Part shown: positions 1-12,765 of the stretch, one piece after another | Layout of the letters: each line of letters opens with the position of its first letter | Position numbering within the stretch: position 1 is the first letter of the stretch | NCBI RefSeq assembly: GCF_963921235.1 | Contig: NC_086109.1 | Span: 23,064,001-23,128,000 of the forward strand | DNA: 64,000 nucleotides | Reading direction: 5' to 3' | DNA from: Mobula hypostoma | Taxonomy: Eukaryota | Translations under genes and position numbers: made by a program | Notes under the pieces: generated by a model | The model's database searches: none | Told to the model about the DNA's origin: nothing | What the model saw: the letters and a program-made list of their open reading frames with translations, nothing else

Positions 1-94
1 AGTAATAATAGTATTTTAATATGAAAATGTAAATAGTTTATGAAGCCCTGATATTGGATTGTGTTGCGTTACTATAGTAATTGAATAAACTTTT

Positions 95-260
95 GTGATT
101 ATGGAGTTCAGGAAGGGTAAGACGAAGGAACACGTACCAATCCTCATAGAGGGATCAGAACTGGAGAGAGTGAATAGTTTCAAGTTCCTGGGTGTCAAGA
201 TCTCTGAGGATCTGAACTAGTCCCAACAAATGGATGCAGCTATAAAGAAGGCAAGACAAT
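95..260 (+). mobile_element. Rex1/Babar LINE RT fragment
   Basis: Encodes FRKG...ERVNSFKFLGVKISEDL; similar to the copy at 58850-59000. Confidence 0.75.
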
Positions 261-329
261 TGTACGTGATCCAAGGAGACCCAGGCACAGACGTAACAGG
301 GAAATGTTGTACTTGCAAAGACTTTAGCA

Positions 330-1110
330 GGAGACTGAGGTATAACCTAATACAGGTATTAAAATCACAAGGGAGCCTAGATATGCATTCTTTTTCCCCA
401 GAAAAGTAACTCAGAAACCAGAGAGCATAGGTTTAAAGGTGAAAATGTCCTGTCGGCAAATTACTTCATACAGAGGGTGGACAAGCTGTAATTGAAACAG
501 GTACAATAACGTAATTTAAGAGACATGATAGATAGGAAAGATTTAGAGCAAAGCGGACTAACCATGGGCAAATGATGTTTAGCTGGACACCTTGGTCAGC
601 ATGGACAAGATGGGCCAAAGAGCCTATTTCCATTTCTCCATGATTCTATCACCAATTCGACCAGAAGTACTGATTGGATGATTGCTCACACTCCCCCGCG
701 CCCCTGAATTGCCTAAGAATGAGGGGGGAATCTCATTGAAACTTATCAATGAAAGTTCTAGATATAGTGGATGTGGAGAGGATGTTTCCTATAGTGGGGA
801 AGTCTAGGACCAGAGGGTATAGCCTCAGAATACAAGGACATGCTTTTCAAACAGAGACGAGGAGCATTTTTTTAAATCCAGAAGCTGTTGAGTCTGTGAA
901 ATTCATTGCCATTGACGGCTGTGGAAGACAAGGCATTGGGTATATTTAAAGCAGATGTTGATAGGATCTCGCTTAGTGAGGGCATCAAAGGTTCAGGGGA
1001 GAAATCAGGAGAATTGTGTTGAGGAAAACAAAATCAACCATGATTAAATGCTAGAGCAGATCCGATGGGCCAAGTGGCCTAATTCTGCCCCATCTGTGTC
1101 TTATGATCTA
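330..1110 (+). mobile_element. Two CR1/HER1-type LINE 3' fragments (~330-650, ~715-1110)
   Basis: DLIETY / ERMFP...SRTRGYSLRI peptides; 3' tail gatgggccaagtggcctaattctgc. Confidence 0.75.
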
Positions 1111-1119
1111 ACTCTGAAC

Positions 1120-1410
1120 AGCTCACATGCCTGGTACCTCAACCACCCTAAACATTCGTTCTATCCACCACGGTGTCTCTAGTTGAACCACCTACAAAGT
1201 GCACTGCAATTACTCATCCAGACTAATCCAATTGTATCTCCCGCTAAGAGACTGAAGGAAAGCAGTTGGATGGGAAGGTCACTACCTGGAGGTTCCCCCT
1301 TTGAGTTACACACCATCCTGACTTGGAAATCTGTTGCCATTCTTCCAACATCATTGAGTCTAACTTCTGGAATTCTCTTCCCAATGGACTGTAACAGTAC
1401 CTTCACCATA
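1120..1410 (+). mobile_element. L2/CR1-group LINE 3' fragment
   Basis: Similar to the reverse complement of 29660-30100 (cacaccatcctgacttggaaa...ctggaattctcttcccaa). Confidence 0.6.
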
Positions 1411-1419
1411 ACTAACCTA

Positions 1420-1655
1420 TCCCGCCTGACAGGTTGGATAAACTTGGATTGTTTTATGTGGAGCATGGAAGACTGAGAGGAGGCCTGATAGAAGCGTACA
1501 CGTAGAATCAATAGTCTTTTTCCCCAGGGTGGAAATGTCAAATACTAGAGGGCACAGGTTTAAGGTGAGATGGTAAAGTTTAAAGGAGATTTACGAGGCA
1601 AAATTTCTTGCACTGAGGGTGGTGGGCATCTGGAATGTGCTTCTTAAGGAAGCGA
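1420..1655 (+). mobile_element. CR1 LINE fragment
   Basis: aggttggataaacttggattg...actagagggcacaggtttaaggtgaga. Confidence 0.7.
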
Positions 1656-2944
1656 TAGATCTTTTCCTTTGATTGCAAGTTACCGTCTACATTTATTTGA
1701 TTCTGTCACAAAATCAGATGCTTGGAATGTGAAATGCAAACAGAAAGTGCTGGAGATACCCAGGAGGTCAGACAGAATCTGCAGAGAATTGAGGAGTTAA
1801 TAATTTGGGTGTAGTCATTTTTGCAGAAGAATTTCATCCAACTATTCATTCCTGAGGTTCCTGACAGTTTTGGGAGAACTCCTGTCAACTCCAGTGTTTG
1901 GATTCCTGGTTGCTAATTCAGAGGGTAATTATAAACAACCACACCTTGCTAATGCAGTACCATTAGTAAACAAGATTTGAAGCAGAGTCACATTTTAGGG
2001 GAGATGATAAGAATTTTGGTTAAAGAGGTAAATATATACGAGCATTTTTAACAAAGAAAGAAGCAAATGAGCAGAGAGGTTTAAGAACAATTCCACAGCG
2101 GTTTAAGTGGCAACTACCAGTGATAGGGTGATAAAAGTCTTCGTGATGCTCAAGAGGACAGAGGTGGGAGGAAACAGAGATCAAGTAATGTGAAAGAGCT
2201 GGAGGAGATTATAAAAACAGTAGGTTGTGGGAGCGTTAAGGTATTTGAAGTTAGTGTTAAGAATTCTAAAGGCATATCCTTAAACATGGGAGAATACTTT
2301 GTGGAAGAATACAGTATTTGACTCATGAAGCCAGGACAGAGTCTTTCAAAGGCCAATCCTTTAGTTTCACTTCGAATTATTTGTTCCACCACCTTACCTC
2401 CCACCAAACAGTTTCTCTCTCTCTGTGGTACAGAGAGCTCTGTAGGAGTGTATCCAGACTTCACTCAGACTACTTTGAAGCCTACCTCCATGTTTCTGTC
2501 TGTTAGATTGTCTTCAACACAAATTTATCCAAATCAAGTTCCCTTCTTCATCTGTTGAAGTTACCCACATGGAGTTAGCTTTATTCCAAACTGGTTTTAG
2601 TCGTTTGCTCTGTTGCATCCATACAGTCCTTGAGATTCGCCTTCTTCTTGACTTATTACCTGGGATGAGATCCAAAAATATCTCCTTAGGCAGTGAGGAT
2701 ACTGATCATAAATTCTCATGCACATAGAAATTCTGCCCTTTATCAGCCCTTAGCAATAAATACAGTACCGTTTAAAATTGATATAGATAAGATCACACCA
2801 AAGCTTCATTATGGCTTTTCATAAGGCTTCAATAATGCTGCTAATGTACTGCTCTTGCTCCTTCCAAACACTTGGAGGTTTACGCACAAGTCCATGTCAC
2901 AAACAACACACTTGTGGGTAATTCAGGAGAACACGTATCATTCA

Positions 2945-3725
2945 CACCCTTCTTTACATCGGCGGCATAGCAATGGAAACTGCTAGCAGCTTCAAACTCC
3001 TGGGAGTGGATATCTCGCAAAAACCACTCATGGTCCCAGAACGCATTCTACACAATCAAGAAAGCTCGCTAACGCCTTCTTCTTTGAGGAGGTTGGAGAG
3101 AGCTGGACTATGCACATCTATACTCGCGTCCTTCTACAGATGCACAGTAGAGAGGATCTTAACACGCTGCATCACTGCATGGTTTGGAAACTGTACTGTG
3201 GTGGACAGGAAGGCTCTGCAACAGGTAGTCAAGACTGCGGAACGTATCACTGGCACCAGCCTACCCGCCATCAAAGACAGGTATACAGAAAGATGCTGGA
3301 AAAAAGGCCAGCAACATCATGGAGGGTCCCACCCTCCCTGGTCGTGGACTGTCTGTTCCACATCCATCGGGGAGGAGGCTATGTGGCATCCACACCAGGA
3401 CCACCAGACTCAAAAACAGAAACATTCCCCAAGGAGTAAGGCTAATCAACCTCTCCACTAACGCACCCCTCCACACACCGAACTACCACTACTTTATCAT
3501 TTCCGGTCGGTCACCTTATCATCAGACACTCCTATATGTAACTTTAAATATATAGGTTGATTGTAAAGTATGTCCATAAACTATCTTATGAATTTATATT
3601 TACTGTTTTTTATATTATGATCTTTATCTTATTGTGTCTCTTTGTGTTGTGTCAAATCTGCAGTAACAAGAATTTTGTTCTCCTTTACACTTGTGTATTG
3701 GAAACATTAAACAAGCTTGAATCCT
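2945..3725 (+). mobile_element. Rex1/Babar LINE 3' fragment, frameshifted
   Basis: ORF 2973..3461: SFKLLGVDIS...SFYRCTVERILTRCITAWFGNC...KALQQVVKTAERITG; then PSGRRL...TRTTRLKN in another frame. Confidence 0.88.
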
Positions 3726-4339
3726 GAATGTGGAAAGTGTGTGCAATTCATAAATAGGCCTTCAGATGGCAACATAATCTTTGCCTTGAGCTACATTTGC
3801 AGAGAAAAAAACTGCTGGAAGTGGGTGGTAAGGTCACTGCCCCAACAACATCGAGGCAATTCCACTACCCTTGACTTTCTGTTAGCACCTGGCAAAAGGA
3901 GAGTTAAAATTGATCCAATATGTTAACAAAGACAAAAGGAACAGGAAAAAGATCATCAGTACTACCAAAACTAAGCTTGATGCACTTGGGTATGCCTGCT
4001 TTGTGTGTACTACTGGGTGTATAAGGCTACCACCTTGGGACAGACACATGGAAATTTAAACGCACCTGTAGAGAATGCACTCCTGATGAATCAGTTATCC
4101 CAGCATTGTGTGTACTCCTGGCAATACACTTTGGAACATGCACAGGGGACTACAGGCATCTGAGCTGGGAGTAGAATCCTCAAAATTCAAAGCTCGAAGT
4201 GTTATTGGGGAACTTAGACACGACATTCAGGTGTGGGCAGCTTGTTTTTACTGATAATGAGGGTGCAGTCTAGAGAAACTGCTTAGTGTTTCCAGAATGT
4301 CTCAATTCTTCTGGAGCCATTCCATGTAAAAATGAAGGT

Positions 4340-4585
4340 CTCCATGTTAGCGTGGCGGCCAGCACAGAACTATTCCAGCTCAGGGTGTCAGAGTTCAATT
4401 CTGGCACTGTCTGTAAGGAGTTTATACGTTCTCCTCGTGCCCACGTGGGTTTCCTCCGGGTGCTGCGGTTTCCACCCACAATCCAAAGATGTACCGGTTA
4501 GTAGGTTAATTGGTTATTGTAAACTGTCCTGTGATTTGACTAGAGTCAAATAGGTGGGTTGCCGGGTGCCAGAAGGGCCTGTATC
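4340..4585 (+). mobile_element. V-SINE (HE1-like), tRNA-derived
   Basis: B-box gagttcaattc; V-domain gtgggtttcctccgggtgctgcggtttccacccaca. Confidence 0.85.
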
Positions 4586-5539
4586 TTGCCTTTCACGTTT
4601 TCATTGGATGCTGACACCCAACACTCAAAGCACTCACAATCCACCTTACCCTCACCCCACTGGACCCCTATGCTTGCTGAATTCTTCCTCAAAGTCATTT
4701 TCTGCCATTGCCTTTTTATCAACACCTTTCTGACTAACCCTGATATTCTCCTGTTCTGTACCTGTCTTTAACAAATTGAGCAGGGGAGACAGCCTTCCAG
4801 AGCGTTAGCTAAGGCAGTTGTCCATTTAAGTTTGACAGTCATTAGGTGACACAAAGCTGGATTACCATGATAGGAAAACTTCTGTAGAAACAGACAGAGT
4901 CATTGTGTTCTTTCAACATTTCCAGTACAGAATCCGTACCCGTAGATTTCCAGTCAACCCACAGCCTCCCTGCTCCCTCCATCTGGATGCTGTGATGGGT
5001 CACTGAGATCTTGGCCTTTCATGTTTTCTCACAGTCCTGGAGGAAGGCTCCACACACTGCAGGATAAAGGCACCCATCCCACATCTCATACATCTGGCAA
5101 AGCCGACACAAAGAGTGCCTTTTAGCTCAAGGAACAGTTTCAAAGGAACGGCAGGTGTGTTGGAGTCAATGATGCATCTGCCGGTCCTTGCCCCAGGATC
5201 TGCACCCATCTTGCCGTTGATGCTACTCCCGGTATGAAAAGCTGCCTTACCTCCCTCTCGCAGCTGTGACCCCACTGACATACTCAATTAGCAAGTTCAT
5301 GGTCAAATGACAAGCTGTTACAGATTCACGTATCCTGGTCCTGGATCGTGCTGTGCTAGCTATTGGTTGGCATTTTGCCCCCCTTATAGTTTTGCTGGAC
5401 CTGTAAAGGTTCGAACTCTGCTCTGTGCTGAATTCACCAGCACACAACAGTGGCAGAAAGAGTATTTCGAAACTCAAATTAGACTGAGCTACCATGCTCA
5501 TGTCCAATCTCATAGGGTAGGACCTGGGCTATGGTCACA

Positions 5540-5880
5540 GAACTTCACCATAAGAAACAACACAGAATTGCATTTATGCAGCACCTATCTCATCCTTTGG
5601 AAAGGTCCAAATGCTTCAAGGCTAATGCATAACTTCCTGTTAAGTGGGCAAATACATTGAAGAGTTAAGGTATTTTCAGTATTAAATGGTTGAAGGAACA
5701 ATAATTGATTTTTTTTGCTGGAGTCTGTGGTATTACACAAACAGGTAAACAGGGCCTCTCTTTAAGTTTCCCTCTTCAGAGATGGAATATGTTCTCTGTT
5801 CATGTCCTGTTACAGGGTTCAAGCCGAAATCACATTCTGAAGCAAGGATGCTACTGACTGAGCCAAACTGAAGGAAATTC
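5540..5880 (-). mobile_element. Old DeuSINE/L2-tailed SINE
   Basis: cacagaattgcatttatgcagcacct tail and caaggatgctactgactgagcc head, both reversed. Confidence 0.45.
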
Positions 5881-6044
5881 AGGAAAGTAACTCAACACCG
5901 AACTCAGGGTCATCAAGTCACTAGTCAATCCAGAAATTCACTTCAAAACAGGTGTTTCTCAAAATATTGAACTATCTGCTCAACAACAACAAAAAATCAG
6001 TGGGTCTAACAGCATCAGTAGGAGGAAAGAAATTGTCAACATGA

Positions 6045-6180
6045 GGCAACACACCCAAAATGCTGGAGGAACTCAGCAGGTCAGGCAGCATCTATGGGAA
6101 AGAATAAACAGTGCACACCCTGAGCTGAGACCCTTCTTCAGGACTGGGAATTCCAGCATCTGCAGGCTTGCTCGTGTTTG
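6045..6180. mobile_element. Penelope-derived palindromic repeat, partial
   Basis: aaatgctggaggaactcagcaggtcaggcagcatc...gacccttcttcagga...ccagcatctgcag; multi-copy in this window. Confidence 0.75.
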
Positions 6181-7399
6181 AGGTAATATCTTGTCTAGTT
6201 TCACAAGGGACCTCTCTCCATGTCTGCGTGATATTCCAGTACCTATCAGGAGATTTCAGTGTGTGCTTGATATCAATTTGAAAGTCAAAGTATCCATGTG
6301 CACTCTATCAGTCTGTGACCTAATAAACGGAGCAGTTTCACGGATCTTCAAGTCTTACCGTTTTGTTTGGAACATGCCTTGGAAACCCTGTAGATTTATA
6401 GATGACAGGGGTAGCTCCAGACTTTTGCTAAATGAATAATCAAAAACTTTCAGTGGTTACAGAATCACATTTTGATCCCAACTAAGAACAGCACAGTTTT
6501 TGACAGATGTGGAAGTTTTAAGCTTTGACTTATTTTTATTATACAGGATGCTGGTGTTTGTCAGGCCTGCTCCTGCTGATACCCCCCAGTCTGCACATGC
6601 GGGCACCTCCCAGTCTCCAGCCAGCTAATAGGATTCATTGAATGGGGCTGTATAAATGTCCTTGAGCTGGGATCTCACATTCCTCCCAACGTTCTGTAAG
6701 TATTTAATTTGGTTCGGATTCAATCACCAAGGAAAAGCGAAGTGAGAACTCTATGTCACTGCTGAATCCAGAATGTTTACAACAATTTGTGAACACGAAG
6801 TGTGGTAGTTCTGTCTGAGGATTAGTAAATATCCCATTTCACTTCAGTCTCTTCCCAATCCCAACGGAAATGACCTGAGTTTTAATAATTTGTATTAACA
6901 TTCAAAATACATTCCCTTAAATCACCCTTCTTTCCCTCTGAAGGTCAGTTCCTAGGTGGTACTTGACCGTAAACTTTAGGGTCTGTACCCAGATGAGCTT
7001 GGCCTTACATGGCCTGCGAGAATACATCACATGGGCATATATTCAATAAATATTCCACATTGCAGCCTTAGCCTTTGCTAATCTAAACCTGTTCTCAAAC
7101 TCACAATAACAGCAGTCATAGACTAGATGGGCCGAAGGCCTATTTCAGCTCTGTACTTTTCCATGACTCTGTGACAGTGATGCTACAGAATACACCAGAT
7201 CCATAACCCAAAGCAGCATTACATTCCCATTTATTTAGAAAATTGCAAAGGTGGTGAGGAAAACTATTCTCACCGGCTGGGTGCTGGGAAACTCACTGCC
7301 CAAAAGGATAGTAGGGTCAGAAATCCCTCAGTACATAAAAGGTAACAGGATACATGCAAGATGCACTTTAGTTCATCAGGCTGTGGATCAGTCTGAACT

Positions 7400-7930
7400 A
7401 TTGCATTCAGTTCTGGTCACTCCTTTGCAAGAAGGATTTTGAGACTTTGGAGAGGGTTTACAAGAGGTTTACCAGGACGTTGCCTGGATTAGATGGCATG
7501 AAATATAATAAGCATTTGGACAAACTTGGGTTGCTTTCTCTGGGGCAGTGAACACTGAGGGGAGATCTGAGAAAGGTTTATAAGACTATGAGGAGCACAG
7601 GGGTTTTATCCCAGGGTTGAAATGTCCAGTCACCAGAGGGCATATGTTTATGGTGAGATAGGGTAGATTCAAAGGAAGCAAGTGTTTTTAAGCAGAGGGT
7701 GGTGCGTGCATGGAATGTGCTCCTGGGGTGATGGCAGGTAGAGGCAAATGCAATCCAGGTGTTCAAGAGTCTCATAGATGGTCACATGAATGTACAGGAA
7801 ATATAAGGATTTGGACATTCTGTAGGTGGAAGGGATGAGTTTAGTTGGGCATTCGATTACTAATGTAATAGTCCGGCACAATATTGTAGGACAAATGGTA
7901 TGTTCCTGCGCTGAACTGTTCTATGTTCAA
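7400..7930 (+). mobile_element. CR1/HER1 LINE 3' fragment
   Basis: cagttctggtcac...ttggagagggtttacaagaggtttaccaggacgttgcctgga; tail ctgttctatgttc. Confidence 0.85.
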
Positions 7931-7999
7931 ATTATGTTAGTCTTTTCAGCACTTTTTTGGTCAGGAGGAAGACAGTAGTCCATAAACTATAATGATTCG

Positions 8000-8152
8000 A
8001 TGAGCAACACACACAGAATGCGGGAGGAACTGAGCAAGTCAGGCAGCATCTATGGAAGAGAGGAAACAGTCGACATAACAGGGTGAGACCCTTCTTCTGG
8101 ACTTCTGTGTGTGTTGCTTTGGATTTCCAGCATTGGCCAATTTCCTCGTGCT
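8000..8152. mobile_element. Penelope-derived palindromic repeat, partial
   Basis: Same family as 6045, 16555 and 61930. Confidence 0.7.
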
Positions 8153-8329
8153 TATGATTCGATAAGCTCCAAGTCCAATACTGTCCCAACTTTGACATAC
8201 TATACTTTAGTTATTGCTCCCTCGTCATTAATCCAATGTCCTGGAACTCCCACCAATCACAATGATGGGAGTATCACCACCACATGGACTCTGCTGACTT
8301 AGGGAGAAACTCACCGTCCTCTTCTCACC

Positions 8330-8680
8330 CATGGCTCAGTGGATATCCTTTTTTTTTGCTGAATGATTCAAGTGTCACCTTGGAGAAATTGAATGGAAAA
8401 ATCTGGGCTAAATTGAGTGAGTGATATACTGTCAGCCTCAGATCAGCCTTTAAACAGATCCCTGTTGTATGTAAAAGATGCCAGGGAATGAAATTATCCC
8501 CATGACTTCACCAACTTCTATCCTATAGACAACATCACAAAGAACAGATCAGCTTGTCATCATAATAAGGCAGTTTGCAAAATCTTGGCATATTGGCTGC
8601 ATGTTTCATATATTGTATTAGGGTAACTAAAAATTCAAAGTGCTTTATTGGCTGTAATGAAAAGTGCTGTATAAAAACTT
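8330..8680 (+). mobile_element. Old DeuSINE (SacSINE1-like)
   Basis: aacatcacaaagaacagatc...attggctgcatgtttc...attggctgtaa...aagtgctgtataaa. Confidence 0.5.
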
Positions 8681-8889
8681 TACCCCCCTCTGTCGGTCCA
8701 TCCCTCTTCACATTGGTGCCATCAACAGATATTGTTGAGGGTTACACAGCAAGCAGAGGATGGAGAGAAGGTGAGAGACAGAGAAGAAAGTATTGTCACT
8801 CTAAACGCATGTATCCCAAGACAATAACTTAGTCGGAAAATCAGGCCTTTCAAAGGGTTTCAGCTCTTCCGACGGGAGGTCTCACTCCA

Positions 8890-8932
8890 AGAATAACACA
8901 CAAATTACATGGAGACTAATATGAGATTTATT
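8890..8932 (-). terminator. Candidate polyadenylation signal (AATAAA 8932-8927) with downstream GU-rich element
   Basis: Minus strand: caatgaacAATAAAtctcatattagtctccatgtaatTTGTGTGTTATTCTT; several UGUA motifs in the 150 nt upstream. Confidence 0.6.
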
Positions 8933-9559
8933 GTTCATTGACTAACATCTACTATTCTGCACAGTACTGTACCAGAAAATGCTGTACCTTACAGTCACTG
9001 ATGTGTAGTTACATATACACAGATATTCTGTACAATTAATTATTACAGTCTTACTTATGCAGTGGTCTGATTTCATACCATTGGGTATTAACTGCTCAAC
9101 CACAGTGGCCCATAATAATGATAGTGAGTGACACTGGCACTGAAGCTCCTGGGGAAGATGGGATTTCAAGACAAACATTACTGGTGTACATGGTGCACCC
9201 ATACTTCTCCCCCAGGTCAGTGATTTATTCCAGATTATGACCATTCTTTAGCTCTGACGTTTGACAATGATGACCCATTCTTCTGTCACTTAGCCTTGTA
9301 CTTGACCTTGATGGAGTCGTTATTTCAAACCAAACTAACCCAGCAGAAGCTGCTGTAAAGCAGTTAGCACCAGGAGACCCGATGGGTGAATGACATCGAA
9401 GGCCAATCCCAGTGCTCCTCCATCCCTTTGCCGAGGGTTATCAACTCAAGTGTAGGCTGGAGGTCACATCTGGTGATCTACCCCAGTTCGTAGAGCTTGG
9501 GTCCACGTGGTGGGGTATATGCAGTTGTTGAGAACGGAGATTCAAAAGGCCTTGCTGCT

Positions 9560-9860
9560 TTGACCAGCTTGTTGAGATGTGTCCTGAGTGACTGGATTCA
9601 AATTGCCACAGAACAAATGTCTAAGAGCCAACGAAACGGGAGCCAATAGAATTTAAATGTCAACTGAAGGGGCAGCCAGTCAGGACTGAGGAGAGTGAAC
9701 AGGGGCCTACGTAAACGCGAGCACTCCCAGAGAGAAACACCTACAACTGCGCACTGAGGATGCTGCCTCGACTGGTGATGAAACGTCTGCAGGTTAATCG
9801 CCAAGCTCGGCGAACGCCCCAACATCAAACGCCTCAACCCAGCCTACCAATATTCACCAT
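9560..9860 (+). mobile_element. Penelope-like element terminal repeat within the putative 3' UTR
   Basis: gcaCTGAGGAtg...gatGAAACGTCtgc...gccaagctcggcgaac...cctcaacccagcctac; related to 32500-32580. Confidence 0.65.
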
Positions 9861-10839
9861 CATCCCAAAGGAAAAAAATTTTTGCTTGGTGAACTTTGCG
9901 TGTAGCTGCAGAACTTATTAAAGGACTGATTATAAACAGCTTCCCCGTTCCTCGCCAGAACCCTTCAGCCCCGAGAATCATACAAATGGGTCCTTGAAGA
10001 ACTTTTAAAATAGGGAAAGTGAACTCACTGTGATCAGCCTGACTTTCTACACTACCCTTCTCATGACTAGCCTCGGTGCAAAGAATAAGCACCCAAAGCC
10101 TCACCACGCCATCTTCCTCCTCACCTGAGATCGGGCAGGATTCACTGGTTTCTACCGTAAATGAGGCCTCGCTTCATCCCTGCAAGAAGCCACTGGTTAA
10201 AAATGCATTTAAATATACATTAAGTTCTCTCTCTCTCTCTCTCACCACTGCAATCAAAACCATGCCGTGTACTTTTGGTTGGTTTCATTGCTCTATTTTA
10301 TTTTGTGGACTGGCTGAGATTTTAGCAGGCTGACTACCAAACAAACTTCAGTGCTGTGGAAACGGAAGACCTGGCTGTTTGGATAGCACGCAGCTAAAAT
10401 GGTCATCCCGTGTCATTTATTTTATTGTGGGGGTGGGAAGGGACAGCGAGGATAAAACTGACTGACGTATGGAATGCTGTGTGACCGCAGAATACATCTT
10501 TCACCCACACAGATCTTAGCCCCACTCAACATCTCCAAACCAAGAAACTAAGGCATTCTGTGGCAGGAAGTGAGGCACAGAGTTCAGCTCCGTGCTGTCA
10601 AATCTCAGGATGGGGATCACCCGGCTATTCCCACTTCCCATTTACTGGCAAGTCAGATTCGGCAGGTTAACCTAACCTGGCCACTGAGGACGACTACGCT
10701 GCTGGGCGCGTCTGTTGCAGACGCAAGGGTTTAGCTCAGCTTGGACCTTTCCGGACAGGAATGCCTTCATTCAAACTTCCGACTTGTGTCAAAGAATGAA
10801 ATTCCAGAGACTTTCCGATATTTTAATTAGAATTATCTG

Positions 10840-11120
10840 CACTCCATTCAGTCTCCTCTATCCCCATATTTAATCACTCCAGCTCTGGCAGCTGAAGCTT
10901 CAGCTGCCGAGGTCCTAAGCTCTGGAATTTATTTCCTAAACCTCTTCACCCCTCTCTCTTCTTTTGTGACGATTAAAATCTATCTTTGACTAAGCTTCTG
11001 GTCAGCTGTTCTGATATCCCTTTGTGGAGTTCCAAAAACTTTGTTTGAGTATTTCCCAGTGAACACCTTGGCATGTTGTCCTGCATTAAAGGCGCCATAT
11101 GAATGCAAATGGTCGTCATT
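10840..11120 (+). mobile_element. L2 LINE 3' end
   Basis: ttcagctgccgaggtcctaagctctggaat...attaaaggcgccatatgaatgcaa. Confidence 0.7.
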
Positions 11121-12765
11121 GAATTAGGGGCCTGGATAATGAGCAGACACAAGCCTTCCTACCATTGGGGGGTGGGGCGCATCATGCCTAGTCTGACCCT
11201 GTTCTCATTTGACATGCATTTCCTAAAATCAAAGCAGAAAATACCTTTTTGACCAGGTACTATCAGCCTGGGATGTTAATTCTTTTGCTCTCCCCCTCCA
11301 CAAATTATTTACTATTTAGTTTGCAGATTTACAGTAGCTGCATATTTTGCTTTTCAATGCATTTTGATGAGGTGAGAATAGTGTCGATGGCTGGAGATTG
11401 AGTAGGAAGCTTTGGACGGTGTTACTCTCTTTCAGGGCCCTGTGCCCAAGTGCAGTTCCTGAGATCAATTAACGCAGCTCTGACTGGGCAGTGTTGGGGG
11501 TGGGGGGGGGGGGGGAGTAGGAGAGAGGGTGCTTCTGGCCTGCTTGGCTCACTCTGACAACTGGGTGGTGCCTGAATCTCACAATAGTTTGAATGCTGCT
11601 TCTCAATCAGACCCTGGTAAAATAACATTACTCCTTCAGAGGTTAGTAAAACACCGAGTACGTTTACAATTTACATTGGCTGGGGCATTTCACAGACAAA
11701 AAAAATTGGAGTTATGAAGAAACAAAATTAATTTAAAGATTTTTCTGATCACAAAGAAATCATGGGTGAGAGATTTGATAACAAATGCCAGTTGTAGATT
11801 GCTGTGGAATTTCACAGGACAGCATCTGAGGTTGACTGGGAGTCTCTCCCCTAAAAATATTATATATTTTTTTAAAATTTACTACCCTACAAAACGTTTC
11901 CAGTTTTCAAATACAATGAATCTGTCAAAATATAATTCACCATTTACAATGAACTGTTCACAATAAAGTCCAATAAAAAAATTTAAAAATTAATTGTTTT
12001 TTTCTTGCGCTAAGCTCCGAGGCCTTTAACAAGGCCTTGCTCCCTACACACACGAGTGGACAAGCCTTGCTTAGTTTGGTACTACAAATGTACTCAGCTT
12101 TCAAAAATAAAATTTAAAAAGTAATGACACAGCAAGTCTTGATTATAATTTCTTCTTAAAAGAGCTGATGGTGTTGCATAACCCACTTGTTCAATTCGTC
12201 TTTTTTTTTGGTGGTAAATTTCTGAGGCAAACAGAGGGCCCCAACAAAATACCCGAGTTACCGTAACAGTCATGAAGATTCAACAAAAGTTTTCGTTCAT
12301 TGTTTTCAAGGCAACAAACAATTCAATTGCTGTTCTTCCTTCGTTAACCAAATGTGGACGGCACAGAATAACCACCAAATCTGCTGAGAAAACTGGCAAA
12401 GGCGTAGGATGCGTGGATTTGAGAGAGAAAGGCGGGAAGACAGATGGAGAACAAATCAATGCATAAATCTATTTGGTTTGCAAGGGCTGAATTAATTTTG
12501 CATTATATTGGTTTCCAGTTATGTTGCAAAGGTTGAAACAGCACACTGAAGCATACTGGCTTTGCTGGTTTGATGAGATGTCAAAGGAAGATCTAAAATT
12601 CATCAGGAGACAGGATTGATTGGCACAACTGGACCAAATCCTGCTTCAAAGCAAGACCATTTCTTGAGCTTAACCTTGATTGAAGGCGCTATTTTGGTTC
12701 CTTCTCCCCTCTTATGAACACTCAAATGGCACTCACTTTTTCTTCCTGAGCCTATGCAGAGGGTC

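Larger units (their letters stand above)
8905..12765 (-). other. SRGAP2: Probable SRGAP2 3' UTR (~3.8 kb)
   Basis: Follows the stop; U-rich blocks on the minus strand at 11700-12300; distal end inferred from the polyA signal, and other AATAAA-like sites near 10300-10930 could be used instead. Confidence 0.55.

Noticed and set aside
1-8900. IKBKE coding exons expected from human synteny
   Set aside because: No MQST..LW / LGQGAT kinase N-terminus found by eye; ORFs here are repeat-derived or unrecognisable
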